This document shows positions 1-11,956 of a DNA stretch of 64,000 nucleotides, piece by piece. The stretch comes from Candidatus Eiseniibacteriota bacterium. GTDB lineage: Bacteria; Eisenbacteria; RBG-16-71-46; JABDJR01. The DNA lies in the NCBI GenBank assembly GCA_963783375.1, contig CAWANH010000001.1, positions 128,001 to 192,000 of the forward strand, read 5' to 3'. The notes beneath the pieces were generated by a model. The model saw only the letters and a program-made list of their open reading frames with translations. It did no database searches and was not told the origin of the DNA. The translations under genes were made by a program, and so were the position numbers. The number at the start of each line of letters is the position of its first letter. The stretch's first letter is position 1.

Positions 1-387
1 ATCGGGGACACCATCGGGGTCGCCCATCCCGGCCAGATCGAGGCGGTGTTCGGGCGGCTGCTCGATGACCTTCCCCCCGAACGGCTGGCCCTGCACGCCC
101 ACGACACCCGGGGCGCCGCGCTGGCCAACTGCGTTCGCGCCCTCACCCTGGGCATCACCACCTTCGACACGTCGGCGGGAGGGGTGGGCGGCTGCCCGTT
201 CGCCCCGGGCGCGGCCGGAAACCTCGCCACCGAGGACCTGGTCTACCTCCTCCACGGCCTGGGAGTGGCCACCGGCGTGGATCTCGCCGCCCTGGTCGAG
301 GCGTCCGCCTACCTGGAGGACGCGCTGGGGACCGCGCTGCCCGGCCGGGCCTACCAGGCCTTCCGGCGCGCCGCCGCCGCGTCCTGA
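1..387 (+). CDS. Hydroxymethylglutaryl-CoA lyase, 3' part (5' end outside window)
   Basis: Frame open from base 1 (IGDTIGVAHP...); motifs LALHAHDTRG and GGVGGCPFAPGAAGNLATEDL typical of HMG-CoA lyase. Confidence 0.92.
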   Translation: MGDTIGVAHPGQIEAVFGRLLDDLPPERLALHAHDTRGAALANCVRALTLGITTFDTSAGGVGGCPFAPGAAGNLATEDLVYLLHGLGVATGVDLAALVEASAYLEDALGTALPGRAYQAFRRAAAAS

Positions 388-444
388 CCGGAGCCGGCGT
401 CGCAGGAGCGCGGCCCGCGGGCGCCGGGGCCTCGGCGGCCTTGA

Positions 445-3085
445 TCACCGGAGTCGCACCAGCCTCCGCGCCGCCGTCCCCCGGGGCGTGGCCAACCGGT
501 AGAAATAGATCCCGGCGGGAACCTGCCGTCCCTCGTCGTCCCGTCCGTCCCAGGTGATCCGGGACTCCCCCGGGGAGGGGGCGCCGTCGAGAAGCGTCCG
601 CACCACCCTGCCCCGGACATCGAGGATCCGCAGGGTGACCGGCTCGGAGACTCCGGTTCGCAGCGAGATGACGGTGGTCTCCCGGAACGGGTTCGGCCGG
701 CTCCGGGCCAGCTCCGCCGACGACGGCGCGATCCCGGCCACCTCCCGGGGACCGAGCCAGGAGACTCCCCCCGAGCGATCCAATTCGGTCAGCCAATAGC
801 GGGCGCGACGGCCGGACGGCCGCAGATCGACAAAGTGATAGGACCGGAGACCGGAAAGGATGGCCGGGGTGAGCCGCTCGCGCTCCCCTCCGCGACCTCG
901 CGATAGACGTGGAAACCGGCGTGACCGCCCCACGCCGCCCCGGTCTCCCAGTCCAGGGCGACCGCCTCCCCCTCCCACCGGGCGGAGAAGGAAAGGAGGC
1001 GCACCGGAACCATACCTCCCCCCGTCCAGCGTCCGAACCGAGAGGCGCTCACCCCCTCCACTTCGTCGAAGTCCCCCCCGACGTACAGGTCCCGGTCCGC
1101 GCCGGCCAACGCGAGCACGGTCCCGTCGACTCCCGACCCGAAGTGCGCCACTCCGACCCGTCCCAGAGCGCGAGCCCGTTCGCGGCGCGTTCAGCCCCCG
1201 GGTGAACGACCCCCCGATCACGAGGCTGTCGCCGTACGCGGCGATCGCCTCGACCGGGAGCACGTCGGCGCCGGCGGGGACGAGGCCGGACCAGGAGTCG
1301 CCGTCCCAGCGGGCGATCCCCGAGCTCCGATCGATCCGGAGCCGGTGAACTTCCCCCGCGTAGAGTTCGTCCCCCAGGGAAGGAGCCCGGTCACATCGGC
1401 ATCGAGCCCGCCCGAAAGGGGCCGCCAGGTCGACCCGTCCCAGGACGCCACGTTCCTGGCCGACACCCCGCCGATCCCGTCGAACCGCCCTCCGACCACC
1501 AGGTCTCCGTTGAACTCGACGACGGCATCGACATAGAAGGGGGTGTTCACCGCGCTCCCGAGGCTCGACCAGGAAAGCCGTCCCAGCTCGCGATCTTGCT
1601 GGCCGCGGCCTCTCCCGCCTGATTGAAGGATCCGCCGGCGTAGAGCAGACCGTCGCTACCCGCCAGAAGGGCCCGGCACGGACCGTCCGGCCGCCGCCCA
1701 AGGGCACCCATTAGGCGCCGTCCCAGCGGGCCACGTTCCGGGCCTGGCTCGACCCCGAGAACTCGAACTCGCCCCCCGCGTAGACCACCCCGCCGGATAC
1801 CGCCAGGGCGAAGACCGTCCCCCCGAGCCCTTCCCCCATCGCATGCCAGGACGCTCCGTCCCAGAAGGCCACACGCCGGGCCGCGATCCCGGCCACCAAA
1901 CCGAAGTCGCCGCCGATATAGGCTCCCCCGGGTACCGCCACCATCGCCCGCACCATCCCCGCGACCCCCGTCCGAGCACTCCCCACTCGAGCCCGCTCCA
2001 TTCCGCGACCCCATGCACGAAGCGCGGACCCGCCTGGGTGATCTCCCCCCCCACCACCACCCGTCCCTCGCCGTTCGAGGCCGCCGCGAACACCGAACCG
2101 GAGACCCCATCCCCGAGGGATTCCCAACCCGATCCGTTCCAGACGGCGAAGTACGCGCTCCCCGGCGCGGGGAGGTGTAGAAATCGCCGCCGACGTAGAG
2201 CCGGTCTCCGGCGGCGAGCAGGCAGTGAACGGGCCGGTCCGGCCCGGATCGATCCCCACCCAGGCCCCGTCGCGGTAGCGTGCGAAGTAGAATTGATTTC
2301 TCCCCCGGTCTCGATGAAAAAACCGCCCGCGTAGAGATCGCCCCGATACAGGGCCAGCGCCCGGACGGAGGCGTCGACGCCCCCTCCACCTCGGTCCAGC
2401 CCGCACCGTCCCAGCGGGCGAGACGACGCAGGGGGGCGCCTCCCGCGGTGGTGAAATCACCCCCGCGTACAGGGTGTCCCCCACGGCGGCGAGCGCGTAG
2501 ACCGAGAAGTTGTCGCCGGGGTCGCCGAACCCCAAGCCCAGGGCGCTCCACTCGCCCCCGTCCCACCGCGCCACCCGCATCACCGGGATCCCGTTCCCGA
2601 CCGACCGGAAGCGCCGCCCACGTAGAGCGCCCCTCCGGCGGGGGCCACGGCGTAGACCTCGTCCCCGGTGCCCTCACCGATCTCCCGCCAGGCGCCCGTC
2701 CCAGGCGGCCAGGTTGTGGATCTCCTTCCCTCCGGCATGGGTGAAGAACCCGCCGACCACCAAGCTGTCCCCGGACACCGCCAGCACGTCGACGGTCGGA
2801 ATCACCGTCCCCCCCGCGGTGAGACCGCCGCCCACCGCCGCCCACTTCCGGCCGTCCCAACGGGCGAGCCCGGAAGCGGGGTCCCCCGACCTCGGTAAAC
2901 CGGCCCCCGATATAGAGATCCCCCTGGTAGTAGGCGACCGCCAGCACGGGGCCGTCGGTCCCCGGGAAGCCGAAGCGATCGTCCCAGGAAGCGGTCTGGG
3001 CCGCGAGAGGAACCGAGGACGACAGGAGCCCGACGAGAATCAGAGCGATGCCGCCGATCCGGGGCGGTACAGGAATGGGATGCAT
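445..3085 (-). CDS. Secreted beta-propeller repeat protein with C-terminal FlgD/Ig-like domain (frameshifted in this assembly)
   Basis: Signal peptide MHPIPVPPRIGGIALILVGLLSSSVPLAA; ~14 repeats of V.ALA...LYVGG.F..AGG.....ARWDG..W spread over ORFs 1547-3211, 1711-2583, 1656-2093, 1218-1550, 789-1151; C-terminus PNPFRETTVI...ILDVRGRVVRTL...WDGRDDEGRQVPAGIYFYRL. Confidence 0.8.
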
Positions 3086-3656
3086 GAAAGGGGTCCTCAC
3101 CGGCAAGCCCCGGCCGTGGGAACGCAACCCCGGCGTCCCCGCGGTCCAGGGGCCTTGGGCCGGCCGGACGGGCGGGGCTCTGGGGGGCGCGTTTTCGAGA
3201 GGGGTGCACATAGTCTAGCAGGCCCCGGGGGTCCGCGCCGGGATGTCGGGCTCCCGGGGAACGGCGCGGGGTCGGGCCGGGGGGGAGAACGGCTTCCGCC
3301 CGGCCGCCGCGGTCGTCCCGCGGCGGCGGCGAAACAACCCGTTTCACCGGAAGGGGGCGCTGGACGGGATTCCGGTCCCGCCCGATTCGTGGCCGCCACC
3401 CCACCGAGGCTCCGGCCGCCGTCGCCCTCCCCCATCCCCCACTGGCCAATGCTTTGAAACCACGCGAGTTCGGGCAGTCATAGATCACGTTTATCCTGAG
3501 AATGGATGGTAACAGGACGTTCCAACGTCGATACACTCCAGGCGGAACGGGAATTCATGCTTTGGTCCGCGGCGGACCGTGGGCGCGGAGGGTAACGCCA
3601 CGGCCGCCTCGATTCGCGGACGGCGAAGCGAACCGAAGCGACAAGGAGATGATGGG

Positions 3657-5635
3657 ATGAGGAACTTCAGGCGGTGGACCTGGATCGCGGCCGCGATCTT
3701 CGTGGGGGTTGCGGTCTTCGGAGCGACGACGGGGTCGTTCTCGAGCGCGGCGGAGATCACCAACGAAGACTGCGCCATGTGCCACAACGGCGACGATCCC
3801 GCCGTCCCCAAGGTGACGGCGGAGATGCTGGGGAAGTCCTCCCACGCGACCTTCGCCTGCGTCGATTGCCACGCCGACATCGAAGAGATCCCCCATCCCG
3901 ACACCCTGGCCAAGGTGGATTGCCGGACCTGCCACAGCGAAGAGTCCGACATGTACACCCGGCACGGGCGGGGCGTGGTCGGGGTGACCGAAGACATTCC
4001 GGATTGCGCCGACTGCCACGGTTCCCACGGGATCCTCCCCTCGAGCCAGCGGGACTCCTCGACCAATCCCACCCACCTCTCCTCCACCTGCGGCAGGTGC
4101 CACCAGGACCTCGACCTCGCCAAGAAGCACGACATCATGCTCAAGAGGCCGGTCGAGGTCTACGAGTCCAGCGTGCACGGAAAGGCGGCGCTGGGCGGGG
4201 TCTACGTGGCCGCCACCTGCACCGACTGCCACTCCACCGAGGGCACCGCGCACCAGATCCTCGGCCCCGGGGACTCCCGGTCCAGCATCAATCATTTCAA
4301 CATCCCCAACACCTGCGGCCAGTGCCATCGCGGGATCGAGCAGGACTACTGGGAGGGGATTCACGGCCAGCTCACCGCCCGGGGCGAGACCGACACCCCG
4401 GTGTGCACCGATTGCCACGGCGAGCACGGGATCCTGCCTCCCACCGACCCGCGCTCCAACGTGAGCCCGACCCAGGTGGCCGAAGCCACCTGCGCTCCCT
4501 GCCACGAATCGGCCCGGCTCAACGAGAAGTACGGAATCCCCGCCGGTCGGTTGGCCACGTTCATCGACTCCTTCCACGGACTCAAGAGCCGGGCCGGCGA
4601 CATCACGGTGGCCAACTGCGCGAGCTGCCACGGGGCGCACCGCATCCTGCCCAGCAGCGACCCCACCTCTTCCATCAATCCCGCCAACCTACAGAAGACC
4701 TGTGGTTAGTGCCACCCGGCGATCAGCACCCAGATCGCCCAGACCAAGATTCACGTCAGCAACGCGGGGATGCGGACGGGCTGGGCGGAATTCTTCACCA
4801 AGCTCTACCTGGTGCTCATCGTCCTGATCATCGGCGGACCTGGTCGCCTACGTCATCCTGGACATCCGAAAGAGAACGGGAGATGCTGTCCAAGCCGATG
4901 GCGAGGCGAATGGACGCCAACGCCATCTTCCAGCACAGCCTCCTCACCGTGTCCTTCATCGTTCTGGTGATCACCGGCTTTGCCCTGCGCTACTCCGAGG
5001 GATGGGTCTTCCGGAGCCTGTTCGGTTGGGACGGCGGGTTCCGGGTCCGGGGCCTCATCCATCGCACCGCCGCCGTGGTGCTCATCTTCTCCTCGGTCTG
5101 GCATCTCCTCTATCTCCGGACCAGGAACGGCGCCCGCTTCGGCAAGGGCATGCTCCCCTCGATGAAGGACGTCTTCGAGTTCCTCCACATGGTCTTCTTC
5201 AACCTGGGGAGGCGCAAGTCCCCCCCTCGCTTCGGACGGTTCAGCTTCATCGAGAAGGCGGAATACTGGGCCCTGGTCTGGGGCACGGTGGTCATGACCC
5301 TGACCGGCCTCTCCCTCTGGTTCGACAACGCCGCGGTGAAGATCCTCCACAAGGGTTTCCTGGACGTCATGTTGGTGATCCACTTCTACGAGGCCGTCCT
5401 GGCCACCCTGGCCATCGCCATCTGGCACTTCTACTTCACGGTGTTCCGGCCGGGGGTCTATCCGGGGAACCCCGCGTGGGTCACCGGGAAGATGCCGGCC
5501 GAGCTCTACGAAGAGGAGCACCCGGCGGACATGCCCACCGAGGCGGACATCATCTACGAGGGCGACGACGAGGGACGCCGGCGGCCTCACAAGACCGAGG
5601 AGAAGTCACGGGGCGTCTCCGACCGGGATTCCTAG
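3657..5635 (+). CDS. Multiheme cytochrome c (11 CxxCH) fused to FdnI/HydC-type cytochrome b, CbcL-like; interrupted by in-frame TAG at 4707-4709 and frameshifts near 4840-4880
   Basis: RBS AAGGAG at 3643; signal peptide; 10 intact CxxCH plus CG*CH; frame continues after TAG into TM helix (LYLVLIVLIIGG); cytochrome b part QHSLL...IHRTAA...RFSFIEKAEYWALVWG...IHFYEAVLA...WHFY. Confidence 0.88.
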
Positions 5636-5917
5636 GCCGGATCATCATCCGGGCCGCATCGCGAGGTGGAGCGTAACCACGTCGGAGCGGACGCCGCCCG
5701 CCCGGCCACCGCGGGTTTCGTGGTTGCCCCGGGCCGTATTGGCTGCTAGCTTTGAGTTTGTCTTCGATCCGGCATTGTGCTGGCCAAGTCGATTGATCCT
5801 CCCTGGAATCCGGTTCAGGCGGTACGAGGCCGCCAACGCTCGTTTCGTTCGCGTTCCGAGCGTAATCGCATCCCGGGCACGTCGCCTTCGCGGTAACCGG
5901 AACACATGGAGTTCAGA

Positions 5918-7725
5918 ATGACTGGCTCGACCTTGCGAAGCGCACACACCTTCCATGTCCCGGTGATGGGCACCGGGTTCACCGTCGACACCCCCCTGCG
6001 GGTGGCGAAGTACGGCATTTCATCCGTGATCTCGCTCATGGACGACACCCTCGTCGAGAAGATGCGGATGTTCCACTGCGACGGACAGGATGAACCCTAC
6101 GAGGAAATCTCCGACCGGGACGAGGATGCGCGGGCCAGGAGGATTACCGCCTACCTGAACCTCATCGACCGCCTGGTCAGGCGCCAGAGAAGGCTCTCCA
6201 GAGCTCTCCCTTCGAGGAAGGCACGGAGATCACCCGCTACTTCGAGTTGCTGCCGGAAACCCCTCTCAAGCGGGCCTACCGCGACATGTTGACCGCCGAC
6301 GATCCGGTCGAAAAAGCCCGGATGCAGGATGAGCTTCGGCGTCGCGCGGTGCCCGGCAGTATCGACGTGAACATCATGGCCAGGATCGACGGCGACCAGT
6401 ACCGCCACGGCCGGACGCTCCCGCCCGACTCGGACGCCGCGGTTTCGGCGTTGCGCGGCTTCGCCAAGAGCACCCTGAGATCCTCGATCATCTTCTCGGC
6501 GGGCATGAACCCCCGCCTCTACAGCTATCTCTGCCGGTTCGCCGACTTCTTCCCGGACGAGACGGCAACCTCCGGCGAAAGAGGATCGTGCTCAAGGTCA
6601 GCGACTTCCACTCCGCCGCCGTTCAGGGCAAGTTCCTGGCCAAGCGGGGCCTTTGGGTCTCGGAATTCCGCATCGAGTCGGGCCTGAACTGCGGGGGCCA
6701 TGCCTTCGCCACGAAGGGCCAGCTGCTGGGGCCGATCCTGGAGGAGTTCCAGCAGAAGAGGCCGAACTGCTCGAGACGCTCCGTGAGATCTATGTCCAGG
6801 CGCTCGAAGCGGCCGGCCATGTCGGCAGCCCCCGCCGCAGCCTGAGACCCGCCCGCATCACCGTCCAGGGTGGCATCGGCACGGCCCGCGAGCAGGAAAG
6901 CCTTCTACAGATTTACTACGAGCTGGATGGCACGGGCTGGGCCACGCCTTTCCTGCTGGTGCCCGAGGTGACCAACGTCGACGATGACCACTTGGCCAAG
7001 CTGGCCGCGGCCACCGAAAACGAGGTCTTTGCTGAGCGACAGTTTGTTCACCATGGGCATCCCCTTCTGGAACCTGCGCACGACGACCAGCGAAGAGCGC
7101 CGCCGGCGCCGCGTCCGGGAGGGTCGTCCGGGGAGCCCCTGTCTGATGGGCTTTCTCGTGTCCAACACCGAATTCACCGACGTTCCGATCTGTCCCGCCT
7201 CGCACAACTACCAGAGACGGAAGATCAAACAGCTTCGCGCCGCGAACCTTCCGGCCGACCGGTTGGCCGGCGATGCTGGAAGGCGTGCTCGCCAAGTCCT
7301 GCCTCTGCCGGGACCTTGCCGGCGGGGCCATGGTCAAGCACGGCATCGATCCGGACGCCACCCCCGCCATGTGTTGCGGCCCGGGCATCGTGAACCTGTC
7401 CAAGGTGGCCACCCTGCAGGAGATGGTCGATCACATCTACGGGCGGAAGTCCCTCAACATCCCGGCCGACCGCCCGCACATGTTCATCCGGGAACTCGGA
7501 CTCTACGTCGACCACTTCCGGAGGGAGATCGACAGGTGCTCGCTGGGGCCCTCCGACCGCGCGATGGAGGATCTCCGGGAGTTCAGGGACAACCTGCTCA
7601 GGGGGATCGAGTACTATCGCCGCCTGACCGACGGGTTCATCGAGGAGGGGCGGAAGCGGTTTCTGGACGACCTGGCCAAGCTTCGCCACACCGTCGAGCT
7701 GCGTCTGCCCCTGACATCGCCATAG
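5918..7725 (+). CDS. Conserved uncharacterised protein, probable FMN-dependent TIM-barrel oxidoreductase (nitronate monooxygenase/FabK-like) with Cys-rich C-terminus; frameshifted
   Basis: Stitched from ORFs 5906-6292, 6247-6687, 6588-6845, 6653-7393, 6984-, 7273-7725; motifs FHVPVMGTGF, FRIESGLNCGGHAF, ITVQGGIGT, GWATPFLLVPE, SCLC...CCGPG. Confidence 0.6.
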
Positions 7726-7833
7726 CCGGATCGGTCCGACTTCGGAAGCCGGCGGCCGCTCGGGGACGCCGCCCCGCCGACCCCGGTCCGGTCTTCACCG
7801 GGGAACGCGCCACGCTCCGCCGCCCCGCGGGAA

Positions 7834-9133
7834 TCAGGCCGCCTGCTCCGACCGCCTCGGCCAGGATCGCCAGTCCCCGCTCCAGCTCCGGATCGGTGAT
7901 CACCAACGGCATCAGGGTGCGGATCACGTTTCCGCTCGCCGACATGACGAGGAGGCCGCGCTCCCGGGCCCCATCCAGGATCCTCGCCGTCCTTCCGGGA
8001 TCGGGAGAACCGCTCCCGGGGTCCACGATCTCCAGGGCGCACATCGCCCCCAGCCCGCGGGCGTCGGCCACGTGGGGCAGCGATTCCCGGAGCCCCTCGA
8101 ACCGCGCCATGACCCGGTCCCCGATCGACCTCGCCCGTTCCGGGAGCTTTTCCTCCTCCAGCACGTCCAGCACCGCGTTCCCGGCCGCAGCGCAGGCGAG
8201 GGGATCTGCCGCCGAAGGTGCCGCCGATGCCGCCGACCTGGGGAGCGTCTGAGATCACCGGCGCGGCCGCTCACGGCGCTGAGCGGGAGACCACCGCCCA
8301 GGGACTTGGCGGTGAGCACCAGATCCGGCGCCACCCCGTAGCGCTCGATGGCGAACATGGCCCCGGCCCGCCCCAGGCCGGCCTGGACCTCGTCGGCGAC
8401 GAAGAGGATGCCGTGCTCGCGCAACGGGCACGGAGGCGGCCAGGGCGGCGGGATCGGGGAAGAAGCCGCCCTCGCCCAGCACCGGCTCCAGGATGAGCAG
8501 CGCCACCGACTCCGGCTCCACGTGGTAGTCGAAAGCCGATCCAGGGCGGCCTCCCCCCCGCCCGCACCGGTCCACCGGGGCCTGCCGGCCGGGGGCGAAG
8601 AAGGGCAGATGGGGGAGGCGGTAGACCTCCGGCGCGAACGGGCCGAAGCCAGCCGTGTACGGCCGCACCTTGCCGGTCATGGTCATGGCCAGCAGCGTGC
8701 GGCCGTGGAAGCCGCGCTCGAAGCAGACCACCGCCTTCCGCCCGGTGAAGACCCGGGCGATCTTGACCGCGTTCTCCCCGGCCTCGGCCCCGCTGTTGAA
8801 GAACGCCGTCTTCCGCGCGCCGGTCATGGGCGCCAGGGCGTTCAGCCGCTCGGCCAGACGCACGTACTCCTCGTACATGGCCACGTGCCAGCAGGTGTGC
8901 AGGAACCGCTCGCTCTGGGCACGGATCGCCTCCACGACGCGGGGGTGGTTGTGCCCCACGTTCATGGCCCCGATCCCGCCGGCGAAGTCCAGGTACTCCC
9001 GGCCGTCCACGTCCCAGAGCCGGGCCCCCCGGGCCCGGTCGACGAAGACGGGGAAGGCGTTGAACGGGCCCCGGGGAACGGCGGCGGCCCGGCGCTCCAG
9101 GAGTTGACGACTGACGGAGGTCGGCGTGCTCAT
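7834..9133 (-). CDS. gabT: 4-aminobutyrate aminotransferase (class III PLP), frameshifted
   Basis: [101 protein letters not shown] across three frames; exact stop uncertain. Confidence 0.88.
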
Positions 9134-9236
9134 GACGGTGTCCTTTCCGGTCGGGGCCTCGGATGCGCGGCCACCGAGGCCGGGGCGCGATGCGGGGGGC
9201 GGATCGGCGCGGCGAGGCCCGGCGGTTCACGGAACT

Positions 9237-10561
9237 TCATCGGCGCCTCCTCGGGGCGAGGCCGCACCATCCGGCGACGAAGGTGGAGAGCACCTCGGCC
9301 ACCCGTTGCATGGAGTCGACGCTCACCTTCTCGTCCACCCCGTGGATGGCCACCGCCTTGGGCCCGTAGCAGGTGGCGGGGATGCCGTGGTAGAGGCTCA
9401 TGAACCGGGCATCGGTGGTGGCGGTGGCGGCGAGGGGTTCGGGGGCGCTTCCGCGCCAGGTCCGGTGGGCGGCGACCAGGGCCCGGCCCGCCTCGCTCTC
9501 CGGATCGAAGCTCGCCCCCTCGGCCTGGAAACCCACGTAGGAGACCCGGGGGGGCGACGTCCGGAGCCAGTCGTCGCCGGCGGCGGCCTCGGCCACCCGG
9601 CTCTCGATCCTCCGCTTGAGATCGTCCAGGCGCTGCCCCGGAAAGAGGCCGATCCGGTACCGGACCGTGCACTCCCCGGCCACGGTGCTGGCCCAATCTC
9701 CGCCGCGGATCACCCCCACGTTCAGGTTCAGGGGATGTTCGACGCCGCGGTAGCCCTCGGGAATCACCTCCGGGCGGTTCAGCTCCTCCTCCAGGGCCCG
9801 GAGCGCCCGGAGGATCACCCAGGACTTCTCGATCGCGTTCACCCCCCGGCTCGCGCCCAGCACGTGGGTGGTGCGGCCGAGCACCCGAACGTCGAACCAC
9901 ATCACCCCCACCTGGTGGACGAGTGAGGGTCTCGCCGAACGGCTCGGGGATCACCGCGGCGTCGGCGGTGTGGCCGGCGGCGAGGAGCGCCAGGGTGCCG
10001 TTTCCGGTGCACTCCTCCTCCACCGGGGACTGGAGCACGAAGCCGGGAGCCTGCACACGCAGCCCAGGTCCTGCCAAGGGCGGCCAGGGCCCAGAGGAAT
10101 CGAGCCGCGCCTCCCCTTCATGTCCCCGGCTCCGCGGCCCCGCATCCAGGTCCTCCCGCCCTCCTCCCTCCGCCCCCCAGAGCAGCACCGGCTCGAAGGG
10201 GGGGGAGGACCAGAGCACGGTGGGTTCGGGGCTAGCCACGTCGATGTGGCCGTTCGAGGTATCAGGCCCGGGCCCCGGGGATCCCGGGGGGCTCGTGCAC
10301 CGCGACCAGGTTGGGCTTCCCTCGTCCAGCTCCCAGCCCCGTGGCCCCGAAGCCGGGAAGCCCGCGGATCCGGGCCTCGTCGATGGGCTCGAACCGGGGT
10401 TCGAAGCCGAGCTCCTCGTAGATCGCGGCCACGCGGTCCTGACCGGAGCGCTCGTGTCCGAGCACGGTGGGTTCGCGGACCAGGGCGCGGAGGGCGTCCA
10501 GGGCCCACTCCCGGCGGCCCGCCACCGCGTCGGCGAAGTCGCGCTGCGAAGGTCGTGTCAT
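9237..10561 (-). CDS. ArgE/DapE (M20) family deacylase, frameshifted
   Basis: N-terminus MTRPSQRDF...LRALVREPTVLG; SHVDV, GRGAGDMKG, VEEECTGNGTL, IPEPF, HPLNLNVGVIRGGDWASTV, ATTDARF, YGPKAVAIHGVDEKV. Confidence 0.85.
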
Positions 10562-10601
10562 GTCCGCTCCTTTCCGGCCGGCGGGGCCCCGGGGAGGCGG
10601 A

Positions 10602-11271
10602 TCAGCCCCAGGGGGTGAGCGAATCCTCCACCTCCACCCCGGCCTCCACCCCTTCCAAGCCGGGGCGGGGAGTGGTCGGGGTGGACGCTCACGCCGCCGC
10701 AGCCGGCCGCGGCGCCGCCAGAAGCGGCACCGTTGGGTGATCAGGGTGCCCACGCAGGCGCGGGCGGTCAGCGGAAGGTCGCACTGCGCCCGGAGCTTGG
10801 CCCGCCCCTTCTTGTCCAGGTGGTGGGAGAGGACGAGGAGGTGGTTGGCCTTCTGGGCCAGCTCCATCCCCCCGCCCATGCCCGGGGTGAGCTTCCCGGG
10901 ATCTTCCAGTTGGCCAGGTCCCCGGTCACGCTGACCTCGAAGGCCCCGAGGACAGGCCAGGTCCAGGTTTCCGCCCCGCACGATGGCGAAGGACAGCAGG
11001 CTGTGGAAGCACGCCGCGCCCGGGACCAGGGTGCAGGACACACCCCGGCGTCGATGACCTCGTGGTCGGGGGTGCCGTTCTCCAGCGGCGGGCCCATCCC
11101 GGTGAAGCCGTTCTCGGAGTGGAAGACCACATCCATTCCCGGGTCCAGGAACCGGGGTAGGTAGGTGGGCATGCCGATGCCCAGGTTCACGGTCATCCCG
11201 GTCCGGAGTTCGCGCACCGCCCGGCGCACGATGATCTCGTCGGCGGGGGAGAGGGCCCGGTCGAAGCTCAT
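10602..11271 (-). CDS. 3-oxoacid/acyl CoA-transferase subunit B, frameshifted
   Basis: RRAVREL...VNLGIGMPT...FHSENG (catalytic Glu motif), LGAFEVSVTGDLANW, GMGGGMELA, CDLPLTA. Confidence 0.88.
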
Positions 11272-11956
11272 CCGCCTCCTTCCGCAGGTGGGAGGGGGTC
11301 TCCGCCGGCACCACCGCGTCCACGAAGACCGCGGGCAGGTGCACGTCCTCGGGCTCAGGTCGCCCACGGCGACGATCTTCCGGGCCTCCACCACCACCCG
11401 GTCGCAGGCGGTGCCCATGAGCGGGTTCATGTTGCGGTTGGAGCCGCGCCACCAGGCGTTGCCGGCCCGGTCGGCGACGTCGGCGCCGAGGAGGGCCACG
11501 TCCCCCCGGAGGGCACGCTCCAGGAGGTAGCTCCGCCCGTCGGAACCACGGTGGGCTTTCCCCCGGCGACCTCGGTGTCGAGGCCGATGTCGGTGAGGAA
11601 GGCGGGATGCCCGCTCCCCCCGCCCGGATGCGCTCGGCGAAGATCCCCTGGGGAACCAGCTCGCACTCCACCTCGCCGCGGTTCATGCGGGCGATGAAAT
11701 CCGGATTGAGCCCGATGTGGGTGGAGACAAGCTTCCGGACCATGCCGGTGCGCAGGAGCAGGTCCACCCCCAGCCCGGGTTCGCTGGCGTCGTTCTTGAT
11801 CACGGTGAGCCCCGGGTAGCGCCCGGCGCGGCCGGCGAGGATCTCCAGCAGGGTGAAGGGCACGCCCCCCCGGCCGAACCCGCCCACCATCACCGTCTGT
11901 TCCGGAGCGAGATACCGGTCCACCGCCTCCGCCGCCGTGGTGGTGCGTTCGATCAC
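11268..11956 (-). CDS. 3-oxoacid/acyl CoA-transferase subunit A, frameshifted
   Basis: GTGA-coupled to upstream gene; TVMVGGFGRGGVP, LVSTHIGLNP, ELVPQGIFAERIRAGGAGIP, ADRAGN...NRNMNPLMGTA, PEDVHLPAVFVDAVV. Confidence 0.88.

Noticed and set aside
4707-4709. In-frame TAG inside a CxxCH motif (CG*CH), and another at 12460-12462, as pyrrolysine or amber recoding
   Set aside because: An in-frame TAA also occurs (1711-1713). All lie in the error-rich region and are one substitution from CAG/CAA/GAG. TAG is a normal stop for tyrS, PBP1A, hemA, hemN and moeB, and no pyl genes are seen.
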